The notes: generated by a model from the letters alone, not told the origin. Counted from the stretch's first letter, positions 34,910 through 42,948 are shown. The stretch is 50,133 bases of DNA from a virus (IMGVR_UViG_3300038556_000041:1-50133), one strand, 5' to 3'. Program-made: numbers and translations.

Positions 34910-35318
34910 CGTTCTCTCCCACGCTCTCTCGAGCGCGCTTGTGATCAACCGCATGTCGTTCAGCTTTCAGCTTGAGGCGTTCGGCCCTGTAGGCCTCGAT
35001 GGCATCGTCGTTTCGCTGGCACGCATCCTCGTAGGCCAGCATCAGACCGAGCAGCGCTGAGCCGCCCACGTCCTTCATGTCTTCCCACCGCTGCCAGATG
35101 CGCTTTGCGATGGTGCGCTCGATCCCCGCATCCTTTGCGGCTCGATCGCGTGCAGCCGACCATGTGTCGTGTCGGCCGCGGTGCTTCGTCCATGCCAGCC
35201 CGTGAAGCCAGAACTCGGCCTTCTGGGGCGTGGACATGCCTTCGGTGTCGGAAAGGGCACGCATTACGCTGGACCTGTCATGCTTGGTGTCGATTTCGAC
35301 ACGTCTGATGTCGGACAT
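34896..35318 (-). CDS. Hypothetical DNA-binding protein (CII-like position)
   Basis: HTH-like AAKDAGIERTIAKRIWQR; lies in the cro operon. Confidence 0.55.
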   Translation of the reverse strand: MSDIRRVEIDTKHDRSSVMRALSDTEGMSTPQKAEFWLHGLAWTKHRGRHDTWSAARDRAAKDAGIERTIAKRIWQRWEDMKDVGGSALLGLMLAYEDACQRNDDAIEAYRAERLKLKAERHAVDHKRARESVGENDARN

Positions 35319-35484
35319 GGAATTTCCCCACGGCTACTGTTGGAACCGTGAGAAGCGTCGGCACCGGGCCTGAACGGCTCGATGTCGAAAGGCAGAAAGG
35401 GAATGACGAATGCACCGGACGAATGGTTTGGCGACGAGACGCCCAGTGCAGTTGGAACTTGATCTCTTCGGCTATGGAGGCGCA

Positions 35485-35655
35485 TCAGCGTTCTCCCCAG
35501 CCGTGAGAGAATTCGGAGGGCTCGGCGTCGATCGTGCGCGCCGAGTGAAACCGGTAGTCGTCGTGAGCAACGGTCTTTCGCTGGCGGATCACATGGACCG
35601 CTGCGGCTATGGCGCCGACAACCAGAACAATTACGAATGAGAGCCACCAGGTCAT
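35485..35655 (-). CDS. Small membrane protein
   Basis: N-terminal TM helix; ATGA-coupled. Confidence 0.5.
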   Translation of the reverse strand: MTWWLSFVIVLVVGAIAAAVHVIRQRKTVAHDDYRFHSARTIDAEPSEFSHGWGER

Positions 35656-35912
35656 GCTGGCCGCCCGATGCTCAATCGATGATCGTCGCGGACGACGCAC
35701 AGGCCGTGGCCGCGCAGGAGCCGGTCGAGCCGCAGGATGGCGTTCTCGAACGACACATGCTCCGTCAGTCCATCGATCCGGTCGAAGCCGGTCCAGTGCA
35801 TGACGATGGTCTTGTGCGAGCCGGGCTTGTCACGAAGGAAGCGGTAGAGCCGGGTCAGGCTCTGGCGCATGTCGTCGCGTTTCGCCTCCTCGAGGATGGC
35901 AATGTCGCTCAT
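35652..35912 (-). CDS. Hypothetical phage protein
   Basis: ATGA-coupled; GGAG RBS. Confidence 0.6.
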   Translation of the reverse strand: MSDIAILEEAKRDDMRQSLTRLYRFLRDKPGSHKTIVMHWTGFDRIDGLTEHVSFENAILRLDRLLRGHGLCVVRDDHRLSIGRPA

Positions 35913-36223
35913 GCCGGCGCGCGCTCCAGTCGATATCCCAGGTTGCGGCGCGTCGTGATCTGCCAACCGGTGCCGGCGATGGCGCGGCGCACGCGGTGAA
36001 CCAGATGCTCACAGACGTTTTCAGCACCGAGCGGCCCGCCGTCGATGTCGTCGGCCCAGATTTCGGTCACCAAAGCACTCTTGCTGACGAAAACGCCGTG
36101 CTTGTCGAACAGGTGGTCGAGCAAGCGTCTTTGCCGGCGCGGCAGATCGAGCGCGCGCAGGACAGCCGCGTCGTCGACCATTGGCGCTCCGCAGACCGGG
36201 CAGCAGTTTGCACAGCCTCTCAT
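35909..36223 (-). CDS. OmpR/PhoB-type winged-helix DNA-binding protein with N-terminal CPxCG
   Basis: VSKSALVTEIWADD...VHRVRRAI...ITTRRNLGYRL matches the Trans_reg_C pattern. Confidence 0.75.
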   Translation of the reverse strand: MRGCANCCPVCGAPMVDDAAVLRALDLPRRQRRLLDHLFDKHGVFVSKSALVTEIWADDIDGGPLGAENVCEHLVHRVRRAIAGTGWQITTRRNLGYRLERAPA

Positions 36224-36792
36224 GCCGCTTGCGCTCCCGCCGCTCGTTCGCAGGGTCCGCAATGCTTCCGGCCGTAACCGCCGCACATTTCAGGACGCAG
36301 GCAATGAGGCTTGAGCGGCTTGCGTTCGCGCTGGGAAATGGTCGCTGCGCGGTCTTCTTCGTCTTTCTGGTTTTCCGGTTGAGCCGGGCCTGCCTGCCGC
36401 GCAGCTATCGCGGGAGTTTCGTCGACAGGGGCCGTCAAGATCGCGCTATCCGGGTTGCCGGAATCACGCCCCGCGAGATTGGTGCTGGCGAGGCCAGAGG
36501 GGAAAACCTCGCCAGCTTTCGGCGCGCGTGGGGGGACGCTCGCTGCCGATGGGGTGATTGGTGCCGCCGAGGCCGTGCGGCGATCCTCGGCGGCGCTCGC
36601 CTGTACGAGAGACAGGTCAGGCGAATTGGAGCGGCCGGCGTTGATCTCGGCCGCGATCTGTTCGGCGCGTTGTTGAAGGGCGCACTCGATAAGGAAGCCG
36701 TCAGGGTGATGGACGAACCACCACTTGCCCGGTCCGCACTCCGCGAACTTCTCGACGGCAACAGCTATGGCGTGGGTGAGAGAGACGGTCAT
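36220..36792 (-). CDS. Hypothetical protein with low-complexity linker and C-terminal Cys/His cluster
   Basis: HCLRPEMCGGYGRKHCGPC; coupled to its neighbours. Confidence 0.6.
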   Translation of the reverse strand: MTVSLTHAIAVAVEKFAECGPGKWWFVHHPDGFLIECALQQRAEQIAAEINAGRSNSPDLSLVQASAAEDRRTASAAPITPSAASVPPRAPKAGEVFPSGLASTNLAGRDSGNPDSAILTAPVDETPAIAARQAGPAQPENQKDEEDRAATISQRERKPLKPHCLRPEMCGGYGRKHCGPCERAAGAQAA

Positions 36793-37059
36793 TCACGCCT
36801 CCCCGCGATCGATCTTGTCGAGGAAGGCGCGGGCCTCGTCGGTCGTCTTGAACGTGTGCCGCGAGTTGTCCGAGTGGGCGAACGCGAGCAAGATCACCAT
36901 CCCGCCCACGAAGCCGGCCCACTGCATCGCGTCGCTTGCAGCAACAATGCCAATGCCGACCGGCAGGACGACGATCGACGTCAGCGCGGTCAGAGTGCGG
37001 TAGAACCGGCCCATGGTGCGCACGTCGCTGATGACGATGTCGTGCTTGGGCGCGCTCAT
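36793..37059 (-). CDS. Two-TM membrane protein
   Basis: Two hydrophobic helices; ATGA-coupled. Confidence 0.6.
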   Translation of the reverse strand: MSAPKHDIVISDVRTMGRFYRTLTALTSIVVLPVGIGIVAASDAMQWAGFVGGMVILLAFAHSDNSRHTFKTTDEARAFLDKIDRGEA

Positions 37060-37616
37060 GCTGCGCTCTCCGCAGCGGGGGCGCGACGGCAGTCGGCGAT
37101 ATACGCCTCCAGCGTGTCGATCTCCGCCGCCGTCAGTGCTCGGTACGCTTGCCGATACCCGCCGGCCGACGACAGAATGGTGCGCACTGACGTCGGAAGC
37201 ACCAGTTGCCGCCCCCTCAGTGCTCCGCCCTTTTGTCGAGCGCGTTCAACCCGTAGCTTGTACGAGCCCACCACCATCGCCAGCGGGCTTTTTGTATTCG
37301 GGCGTCGCTGCAGCTTGCCCGTCGTGGCACTCAGATCGACCAGGTCACGAAGACGACCGCCATCGCGGATACCCGCGATCAGATCAGTCAACTCGCGAGA
37401 CGCCTCAAACCATTCCCCCCTCAATTGCCAGCGGGCAAATCGATCATGAAGATCGGTTTCGACCTGCCTCGGCGCCGGGAAGTGAGCAACAAGCTCAAGC
37501 TCGACAGGGCTCCAAGTTTGCAGAGAGGCGAGACGAGCCGGCGGAAACGTCGAGTGCCCGATCTTGATCGGTCCGTCCTGTCCTACGGGCTTGATGAAAT
37601 ACACGAAGCCGCTCAT
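37056..37616 (-). CDS. GIY-YIG-like nuclease (T5orf172/MUG113-like)
   Basis: VYFIK...PIKIGHS...RLASLQ...ETDLHDRF...GEWF. Confidence 0.8.
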   Translation of the reverse strand: MSGFVYFIKPVGQDGPIKIGHSTFPPARLASLQTWSPVELELVAHFPAPRQVETDLHDRFARWQLRGEWFEASRELTDLIAGIRDGGRLRDLVDLSATTGKLQRRPNTKSPLAMVVGSYKLRVERARQKGGALRGRQLVLPTSVRTILSSAGGYRQAYRALTAAEIDTLEAYIADCRRAPAAESAA

Positions 37617-37819
37617 GCCGCTGATTCCGTCGCAGGAGCGAAGAAATCGTTCGCGGTGACGGCGCCGCCGGTCTCCACGTGGATTCTCGCCATGATCTCA
37701 GGCCGCGGAACTCGCTCGCAGGATTTGTACCGCCAAAGCGCTTGTCGACTGACGCCGATGCGCTCTGCGAAGTCCGCGTCCGAAATTTCTTCTCGGGAAA
37801 GCCACGATGCTAGGGTCAT
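37613..37819 (-). CDS. cro: Cro-like XRE HTH regulator
   Basis: FAERIGVSRQALWRY...RVPRP...TGGAVTANDF; divergent from the repressor. Confidence 0.85.
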   Translation of the reverse strand: MTLASWLSREEISDADFAERIGVSRQALWRYKSCERVPRPEIMARIHVETGGAVTANDFFAPATESAA

Positions 37820-37829
37820 TCCTCTTTAT

Positions 37830-37901
37830 GTCACCAATATGGTGACGATGCAAGTGTCTTGTCACCATTTTGGCTACTCGCGTTGTCGCCGCTTCGGTGA
37901 C
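37830..37901. promoter_or_regulatory. Operator cluster between cro and cI: three 17-bp palindromic sites, with the cro promoter TTGCAT-N17-CATAAA on the minus strand
   Basis: GTCACC-AATAT-GGTGAC (37830-37846), GTCACC-ATTTT-GGCTAC (37861-37877), GTCGCC-GCTTC-GGTGAC (37885-37901). Confidence 0.85.
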
Positions 37902-37912
37902 ACGAGTTGCAC

Positions 37913-38815
37913 ATGACGAAAGGCAAGTTTCCCAACGGCCTCCGCGAGGCAATGGAGGCCAAGGACATTGGCCCGACGGAACTCGGTCGGTTGATCGAAG
38001 AGCCGAAACAGAATGTGGATCGCTGGCGGAACGGCGAGCGGCGGCTTACCCCCGAGATGGCCGCGAAAATCGCGCCGCATGTTGGCGTCTCGGCCAATCG
38101 CCTATTGCTCTTGGAACGATCGCCGGCCCTGGCTGACCTAGCTCAAATTATCGGCTCAGCTATCCGCCAGGCGCGTCGTCAGCGCGGCGTCGTCATTCGA
38201 CAGATTGCCGACGCTGCAGGCGTGGAGGCGTCGACCGTCGAGGCATGGGAAGCCGGGCGGACGATGCCGGGAGCCGACCACCTCATTTCCGTCGCGGAGA
38301 CGCTGCAGATCGACGGCCTTGCGCTCGGACGTGGCGAGATCGAACCGATCGGCGACGAGCCGCTGGGCAACGCCACTTTCATCTCCGATTCGATGCCTCT
38401 GCACACCGGCCCACGGGACGTCGAGAAGCTGGGCGTCGTGGCGGCTGGCGAGGAAGGCGATTTCGAGTTCAACGGTGCCGTCGCCGAGTATGTTCAGCGT
38501 CCGAGAGGACTAGCAGGAAGGCCGGGCGTCTTCGCGCTCGAACTCATCAGCGACAGCATGTACCCGGCCTATCGGAAGGGCGACATCGTGTTTTGCGACA
38601 AGACCGCGCCCGAGGTCGGCGATGACATCGTGATCGAGACGTTTCCCGATGAGGGCGCCAAGGTCGGGAAGTCGTTTATCAAGCGTCTGAAACGCCGGTC
38701 AAAATCAGCGCTGGTCGTCGAGCAGTTCAACCCGCCAAAGGATCTGACTTTCGATCCCTACGCCATTAAGCACCTTTGGCGCGTCGTGCCGAATAGAGAG
38801 CTTCACGGGTATTGA
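37913..38815 (+). CDS. cI: CI-like repressor with two tandem XRE HTH domains and an S24 autopeptidase domain
   Basis: HTH1 PTELGRLIEEPKQNVDRW, HTH2 IRQIADAAGVEASTVEAWE; VAAG cleavage site, DSMYP Ser, FIKRL Lys. Confidence 0.88.
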   Translation: MTKGKFPNGLREAMEAKDIGPTELGRLIEEPKQNVDRWRNGERRLTPEMAAKIAPHVGVSANRLLLLERSPALADLAQIIGSAIRQARRQRGVVIRQIADAAGVEASTVEAWEAGRTMPGADHLISVAETLQIDGLALGRGEIEPIGDEPLGNATFISDSMPLHTGPRDVEKLGVVAAGEEGDFEFNGAVAEYVQRPRGLAGRPGVFALELISDSMYPAYRKGDIVFCDKTAPEVGDDIVIETFPDEGAKVGKSFIKRLKRRSKSALVVEQFNPPKDLTFDPYAIKHLWRVVPNRELHGY

Positions 38816-39074
38816 TGAGATACGCCTCCGCCCTCACCCGATCCATATCAGTCGCAAATGCGGCTTGGACGGTGACATTGCGCCCAGGCATGCCTTCGTC
38901 GCGGCAGGCAGCGCAGAACAGGCGCGAGGAAACTTCAGAAAGGCGCGTCGCGTCGCTGATCCCGAACCGACGCAGATCACCGGGTTTGCGGATGCGCGTG
39001 CGGCCGCAATCGGCGCACTCGATGGTCAACGACAACACTTGCGAAACGACGGCTTCCCTGCCCGGTAGCGACAT
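38766..39074 (-). CDS. Zn-ribbon-like small protein (CADC...CAAC), LexA-controlled
   Basis: Two CxxC pairs; upstream LexA box and promoter; 3' end overlaps the cI 3' end by 50 bp. Confidence 0.7.
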   Translation of the reverse strand: MSLPGREAVVSQVLSLTIECADCGRTRIRKPGDLRRFGISDATRLSEVSSRLFCAACRDEGMPGRNVTVQAAFATDMDRVRAEAYLINTREALYSARRAKGA

Positions 39075-39109
39075 AATCCCTGCCCTGCTCTCTTCTGGTT
39101 ATGTGCGAC

Positions 39110-39142
39110 ATTCTGACTCAGGAATGAGAACGCATCAAGAAC
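39110..39142 (-). promoter_or_regulatory. Promoter TTGATG-N17-CAGAAT overlapped by LexA box GTTC-TTGATGC-GTTC (39128-39142)
   Basis: Exact alphaproteobacterial LexA consensus covering the -35 element. Confidence 0.75.
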
Positions 39143-39179
39143 AAACGAATCAGCCGGCCGATTCGTCGCAGGGCTCTGG

Positions 39180-40085
39180 ATGACCACTGATCACGAGTTC
39201 GGAAGCGTCTCCACCGACCTGAAACTTTCGCTTGTGGAAGGCTATCTCAAGGCGTTCGCAACGGCGCTTCGTCCGAAGTTCCCTGAGCTCTGGTACATTG
39301 ATGCCTTTGCGGGCACCGGCGTTCGAACGATCAAACACAAGGCGGTTGAGGCCCGCGGATTTCTTCCAGAGATTGCGGAACGCGTTGAGCAGAAGCGCGG
39401 ATCAGCCCGCATCGCGCTCGACACCACCCCCGCATTCGATCGCCTTGTGTTCATGGATAAGAAGCGGTCCCATTGCGAAGCGCTTCAGAGCTTGGCAGCA
39501 GGCTTTCCCGGTCGTCGAATTGAGATCGTCCGCGGCGATGCAAATCAGGCCATACGAGAGGAAATCGCGTCCGAAAGATGGGCGGGCAAGCGCGCGGTCA
39601 TGTTTCTCGATCCATACGGGATGCACGTCGACTGGAGCACTCTCGAACTGATACGTCGAACCGAGGCAATCGACGTCTGGTACCTCGTTTCGCTCGCAGG
39701 CCTATTCCGCCAGGCAGCTCACGACCCCAAGAATCTCACGTCGAAGAAGCGGGCCGCTATAACGCGAATGCTCGGGACAGATGAATGGGAGGGCGCCTGG
39801 TACCGGCGCGAGATTATCACCGATCTCCTCGGCGAGGTCGATGAGACCGCTCAGCGAATTGCGGACGTCAGAGCGATGGAGGCGTTTGTGAATATGAGAC
39901 TCACGTCCCTATTCCCGAAGGTTCTGCCGCCTCGTCTACTCCGCAACGCTCGCGGCGTGCCGACGTTCTCGCTTTTCTTGGCGATATCGAATCCAGAGCC
40001 GAAAGCTATCGGGCTCGCGACGCGGATCGGCAATCATATCCTCAAAGCGCTGCCTGAGGCATCTCGTCGTACGTACGGCCGTTGA
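39180..40085 (+). CDS. tcmP: Three-Cys-motif partner protein TcmP (SAM-dependent methyltransferase-like)
   Basis: TDLKLSLVEGYLKAF, WYIDAFAGTG, RGSARIAL, GDAN, FLDPYGMHVDW and DVWYL motifs; adjacent to DUF5131. Confidence 0.85.
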   Translation: MTTDHEFGSVSTDLKLSLVEGYLKAFATALRPKFPELWYIDAFAGTGVRTIKHKAVEARGFLPEIAERVEQKRGSARIALDTTPAFDRLVFMDKKRSHCEALQSLAAGFPGRRIEIVRGDANQAIREEIASERWAGKRAVMFLDPYGMHVDWSTLELIRRTEAIDVWYLVSLAGLFRQAAHDPKNLTSKKRAAITRMLGTDEWEGAWYRREIITDLLGEVDETAQRIADVRAMEAFVNMRLTSLFPKVLPPRLLRNARGVPTFSLFLAISNPEPKAIGLATRIGNHILKALPEASRRTYGR

Positions 40086-40788
40086 GAGTCCGACCGGTGG
40101 CCTTCTTGTTGCGGCCGCCCCATTGCTTGAAGAAGAATGCGGTTCCAGCGCGCCGGCACATCCTCTCGATCTCGTCGACCCAGGTCGGGTCCATCGGCCG
40201 GGCTTTCGGCCCCGATTCGCCGCCGACGATCGCCCAATGGATGTCCGACAGGTCGGCGCCTGCGACGCTGCCGATCAGTGGCTCGAAAGAGATGAACCGG
40301 ATCACAGCTGGGACCTGACGCAACTCATCGATCCGATGAAGAACGCGGTCATCCTCGACGCTGGTACCAAGCCACACATTCGGCAGCTTCTGCAGATCGG
40401 GGACAATCTCCATCATCCGGTCCGGGCGCTTAGTCAGGATCTGGTACGTGTGCCGCGGCGTGTCGGCCATGACCCGCCAGACGTCCGCAATGAAGTCGGC
40501 CGGCACGTCCTGGTGAAAGAGATCCGACATCGAGTTGACGAACACGCGGCGCGGTTTCGACCAGGTCGCAGGGATCGCCAACGATTTCCGATCAAGCGAG
40601 ATTTTGCCCGTCCACTTCGCGCGGCCGCCGGTCTTGCGCGTCAGCCCGGCATACTTCTCGACACCCATGGCATCGAGGCGCGCGGCCATCCGCATCGCAT
40701 AGCAGTTCGTGCAGCCCGCGGTCAGGATCGTGCAGCCTGCCACCGGGTTCCAAGTCGCGTCAGTCCATTCGATCGATGTGTCGGCCAT
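40042..40788 (-). CDS. DUF5131 / phage Gp37-Gp68 family three-Cys protein (radical-SAM-like)
   Basis: TSIEWTDATWNPVAGCTILTAGCTNCYA (Cx6Cx2C), FVNSMSDLFH, QILTKRP, SFEPL, VGGESG, FFFKQWGG. Confidence 0.92.
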   Translation of the reverse strand: MADTSIEWTDATWNPVAGCTILTAGCTNCYAMRMAARLDAMGVEKYAGLTRKTGGRAKWTGKISLDRKSLAIPATWSKPRRVFVNSMSDLFHQDVPADFIADVWRVMADTPRHTYQILTKRPDRMMEIVPDLQKLPNVWLGTSVEDDRVLHRIDELRQVPAVIRFISFEPLIGSVAGADLSDIHWAIVGGESGPKARPMDPTWVDEIERMCRRAGTAFFFKQWGGRNKKATGRTLNGRTYDEMPQAAL

Positions 40789-41366
40789 AGGATGATTCTC
40801 CTCTTCAACGGTGACTATTCTGTGAAGCTTGCGTCCGACTGGCGCGGCGCCTGCAGGGTACACCTCTCCCCTATCAAGACGGTCCTTCACCACCACACAG
40901 GCGGCTCTCCATCTAGAACCGGCGTCCATATGACGGGCCGGTGAACATCATCAAGTCTCGATATCCGCAGGTGCCTTTGTTGAACCGGGGCCATCCGGTC
41001 TCCACCCCACATCCCATACTTGGCTGGTCAGGCCGGGAACTCTGTGGTCGCAACTGAACGCGAGTGGTGCTTCGATCCCTGCGTTTACTCCTCAAGCCAT
41101 GTTCAGGCCATTCGGACGGCGTCTACCCGTCGAGACAATCCAGTTTCAGGATACTGGCAAACCGTTCGGAGATTGATCGGCCGGGTGATCGGCACGGCGG
41201 GACAACGCCCGAGGAAAACCGCCGCATTCGCGCTTGAACCGCAACATCCTGCCGGGAACCGCCGAGCAGACGCAAGATATCGCTATTTTCACGCCGCGAA
41301 GCGGTGAATTCCATTGCTCGGATCGCCATTTTCAGCTATATCCTTGCCAACTTTGAGCAGCTTCGC

Positions 41367-41402
41367 GCCCCGGTCGGATCATCCCGCCGGGGCTTTTCTT
41401 TT
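41367..41402 (+). terminator. Rho-independent terminator just upstream of the second operator cluster
   Basis: GCCCCGG...CCGGGGC followed by TTTTCTTTT. Confidence 0.75.
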
Positions 41403-41433
41403 GTCACGGTCACCACCCCCAAGCAAGAAAAAT

Positions 41434-41485
41434 GTCACCGTTATGGTGACGAACTATTGCATTGTCACCGTTTTGGTGACATGTT
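41434..41485 (+). promoter_or_regulatory. Second operator cluster (two sites) and early promoter TTGCAT-N17-CATGTT
   Basis: GTCACC-GTTAT-GGTGAC (41434-41450) and GTCACC-GTTTT-GGTGAC (41464-41480); same consensus as the cro/cI operators. Confidence 0.85.
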
Positions 41486-41539
41486 CTCTCCATCACCCAC
41501 CCGCCACCCCGGCAAGGCTGGACCAGATGGAGAGCAGCG

Positions 41540-42004
41540 ATGTCCGCACTTCGCACCACCGCAGAAGACCTGACTACGGCGCTGGTATCGGCGACGTTCG
41601 GCAATACGCCGGCTGTCCGCTGGGCCGAGGAGTTCGACGAGACCATCGGCTGGGCAAAGCGCGTCGGCTGGATTCGCCAGACCGGGACGATGTGGGAATG
41701 GCGCGCCGGGAACGAGGAAGGCTACGGCCGAGATGAGGCTGACTGCCTTGCCCGGATCGAGAGCGCCGTCCTGCGCCAGCGCAAGTTCGCCGAGATCGAC
41801 GCGACGCGCGCTGCCGAGCTTGCCGCCCTGCCCCAGCCCCTCCGCGATCTGCGCTTGATCCGCGACACGGCCAAGACGCAGCTCGCGATCGAGGAAGCGC
41901 GCACCGTGCGCCGGCCCGACGATTTCGCGACGGCCCAGCGCGCCTATGACGCTGCGGTCATGGAATATGAAGCCGCAGAGCGGCGCATGGCGGAGGCGGC
42001 ATAG
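41540..42004 (+). CDS. Hypothetical early protein (first gene of the recombination operon)
   Basis: GGAGAG RBS; directly after the operator-covered promoter. Confidence 0.7.
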   Translation: MSALRTTAEDLTTALVSATFGNTPAVRWAEEFDETIGWAKRVGWIRQTGTMWEWRAGNEEGYGRDEADCLARIESAVLRQRKFAEIDATRAAELAALPQPLRDLRLIRDTAKTQLAIEEARTVRRPDDFATAQRAYDAAVMEYEAAERRMAEAA

Positions 42005-42229
42005 ATGGCCCGCAATCAAACCCGCTCGCTTGTCGAGATCGACGCCAACCGCATCGACCGGGACATCTACCACCTCGCCGCCCGGATCGATCGGCTCTGC
42101 GAACTCGTCTCGCGCGGCAAGCCGAAGATGAACCGCGAGCTGATCGACGCGGCGCGCAGCGTGGATTCGGCTCGGGCTGCCGTCCGCAAGTTCATGCACG
42201 AAGCTGACCGCGTGGTGACAGTCGGATGA
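42005..42229 (+). CDS. Hypothetical protein
   Basis: GGAGG RBS; abuts the upstream stop. Confidence 0.65.
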   Translation: MARNQTRSLVEIDANRIDRDIYHLAARIDRLCELVSRGKPKMNRELIDAARSVDSARAAVRKFMHEADRVVTVG

Positions 42230-42327
42230 GCCCCCGCCGCTTCGCCACCCTCACCCTTTTCGCCCTGTCCGCATCCTTCCTCGCCGGCTGCCTTCTGGTT
42301 GCCGCCTACACTGGAGCCATTCTGTGA
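42226..42327 (+). CDS. 33-aa hydrophobic peptide
   Basis: MSPRRFATLTLFALSASFLAGCLLVAAYTGAIL; ATGA and TGATG coupling on both sides. Confidence 0.5.
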   Translation: MSPRRFATLTLFALSASFLAGCLLVAAYTGAIL

Positions 42328-42662
42328 TGAGCACCGCAAAACATACGCCTGGACCGTGGCGGGTTGAGGAAAACACGACCCTGATCTGGGGCAAATGCAA
42401 CCCGAACGATCAAACCAGTTGGGGCATGGGATACCCGATTGCGGAATGTCGGATTACCCCGATCTCGCAGAGCAGTTGGGCGACAGGTCCGAATGAAGAT
42501 GAGGGAGAGGCCAATGCCTGCCTGATCGCCGCCGCTCCCGACATGCTGGATGCGTTGAAAGTCACGGCTCGCGGGCTTGAGGGTGAATTTGGCCCGCGCG
42601 TGGCCGAGGTCAATTTCCCTGCGCTGTATGCCGCCATGGCCAAGGCGGAGGGCCGGCCATGA
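42327..42662 (+). CDS. Hypothetical phage protein (HTPGPW...ANACLIAAAP family)
   Basis: Common phage motif pair HTPGPW and LIAAAPDML. Confidence 0.75.
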   Translation: MSTAKHTPGPWRVEENTTLIWGKCNPNDQTSWGMGYPIAECRITPISQSSWATGPNEDEGEANACLIAAAPDMLDALKVTARGLEGEFGPRVAEVNFPALYAAMAKAEGRP

Positions 42663-42760
42663 TCGACGCCCTCACCCTGTTCGCCATCGCCCATCCCTTC
42701 CGACTGATCGCCGCTGCGATCCTGTTCGTCTCCATCGTCGACAAGGGGCCGTGGGCATGA
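42659..42760 (+). CDS. 33-aa hydrophobic peptide
   Basis: MIDALTLFAIAHPFRLIAAAILFVSIVDKGPWA; ATGA coupling on both sides; GGAGG RBS. Confidence 0.5.
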   Translation: MIDALTLFAIAHPFRLIAAAILFVSIVDKGPWA

Positions 42761-42948
42761 GCGAGCGCGCATACATCGAAAGCGCCGTGTCTGCTCTGGA
42801 GGCTCCGAGCGAGCCCAGCTCGGCCGGCCAGATCGAATACCGCATCCGCCAGACCTTCCGCACGCTCGCCGGCATCTACGGCCGCGAAGGCGCTCGCCTG
42901 CGGATCATCGAAATCATGGAAGACGAAACCGCCAGGAGGCGCAATTGA
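42757..42948 (+). CDS. Hypothetical protein
   Basis: ATGA-coupled. Confidence 0.55.
   Translation: MSERAYIESAVSALEAPSEPSSAGQIEYRIRQTFRTLAGIYGREGARLRIIEIMEDETARRRN

Noticed and set aside
40800-41300. Short ORFs upstream of the DUF5131 gene
   Set aside because: No convincing RBS or protein-like composition; may be regulatory or decayed sequence, but I cannot support a call.
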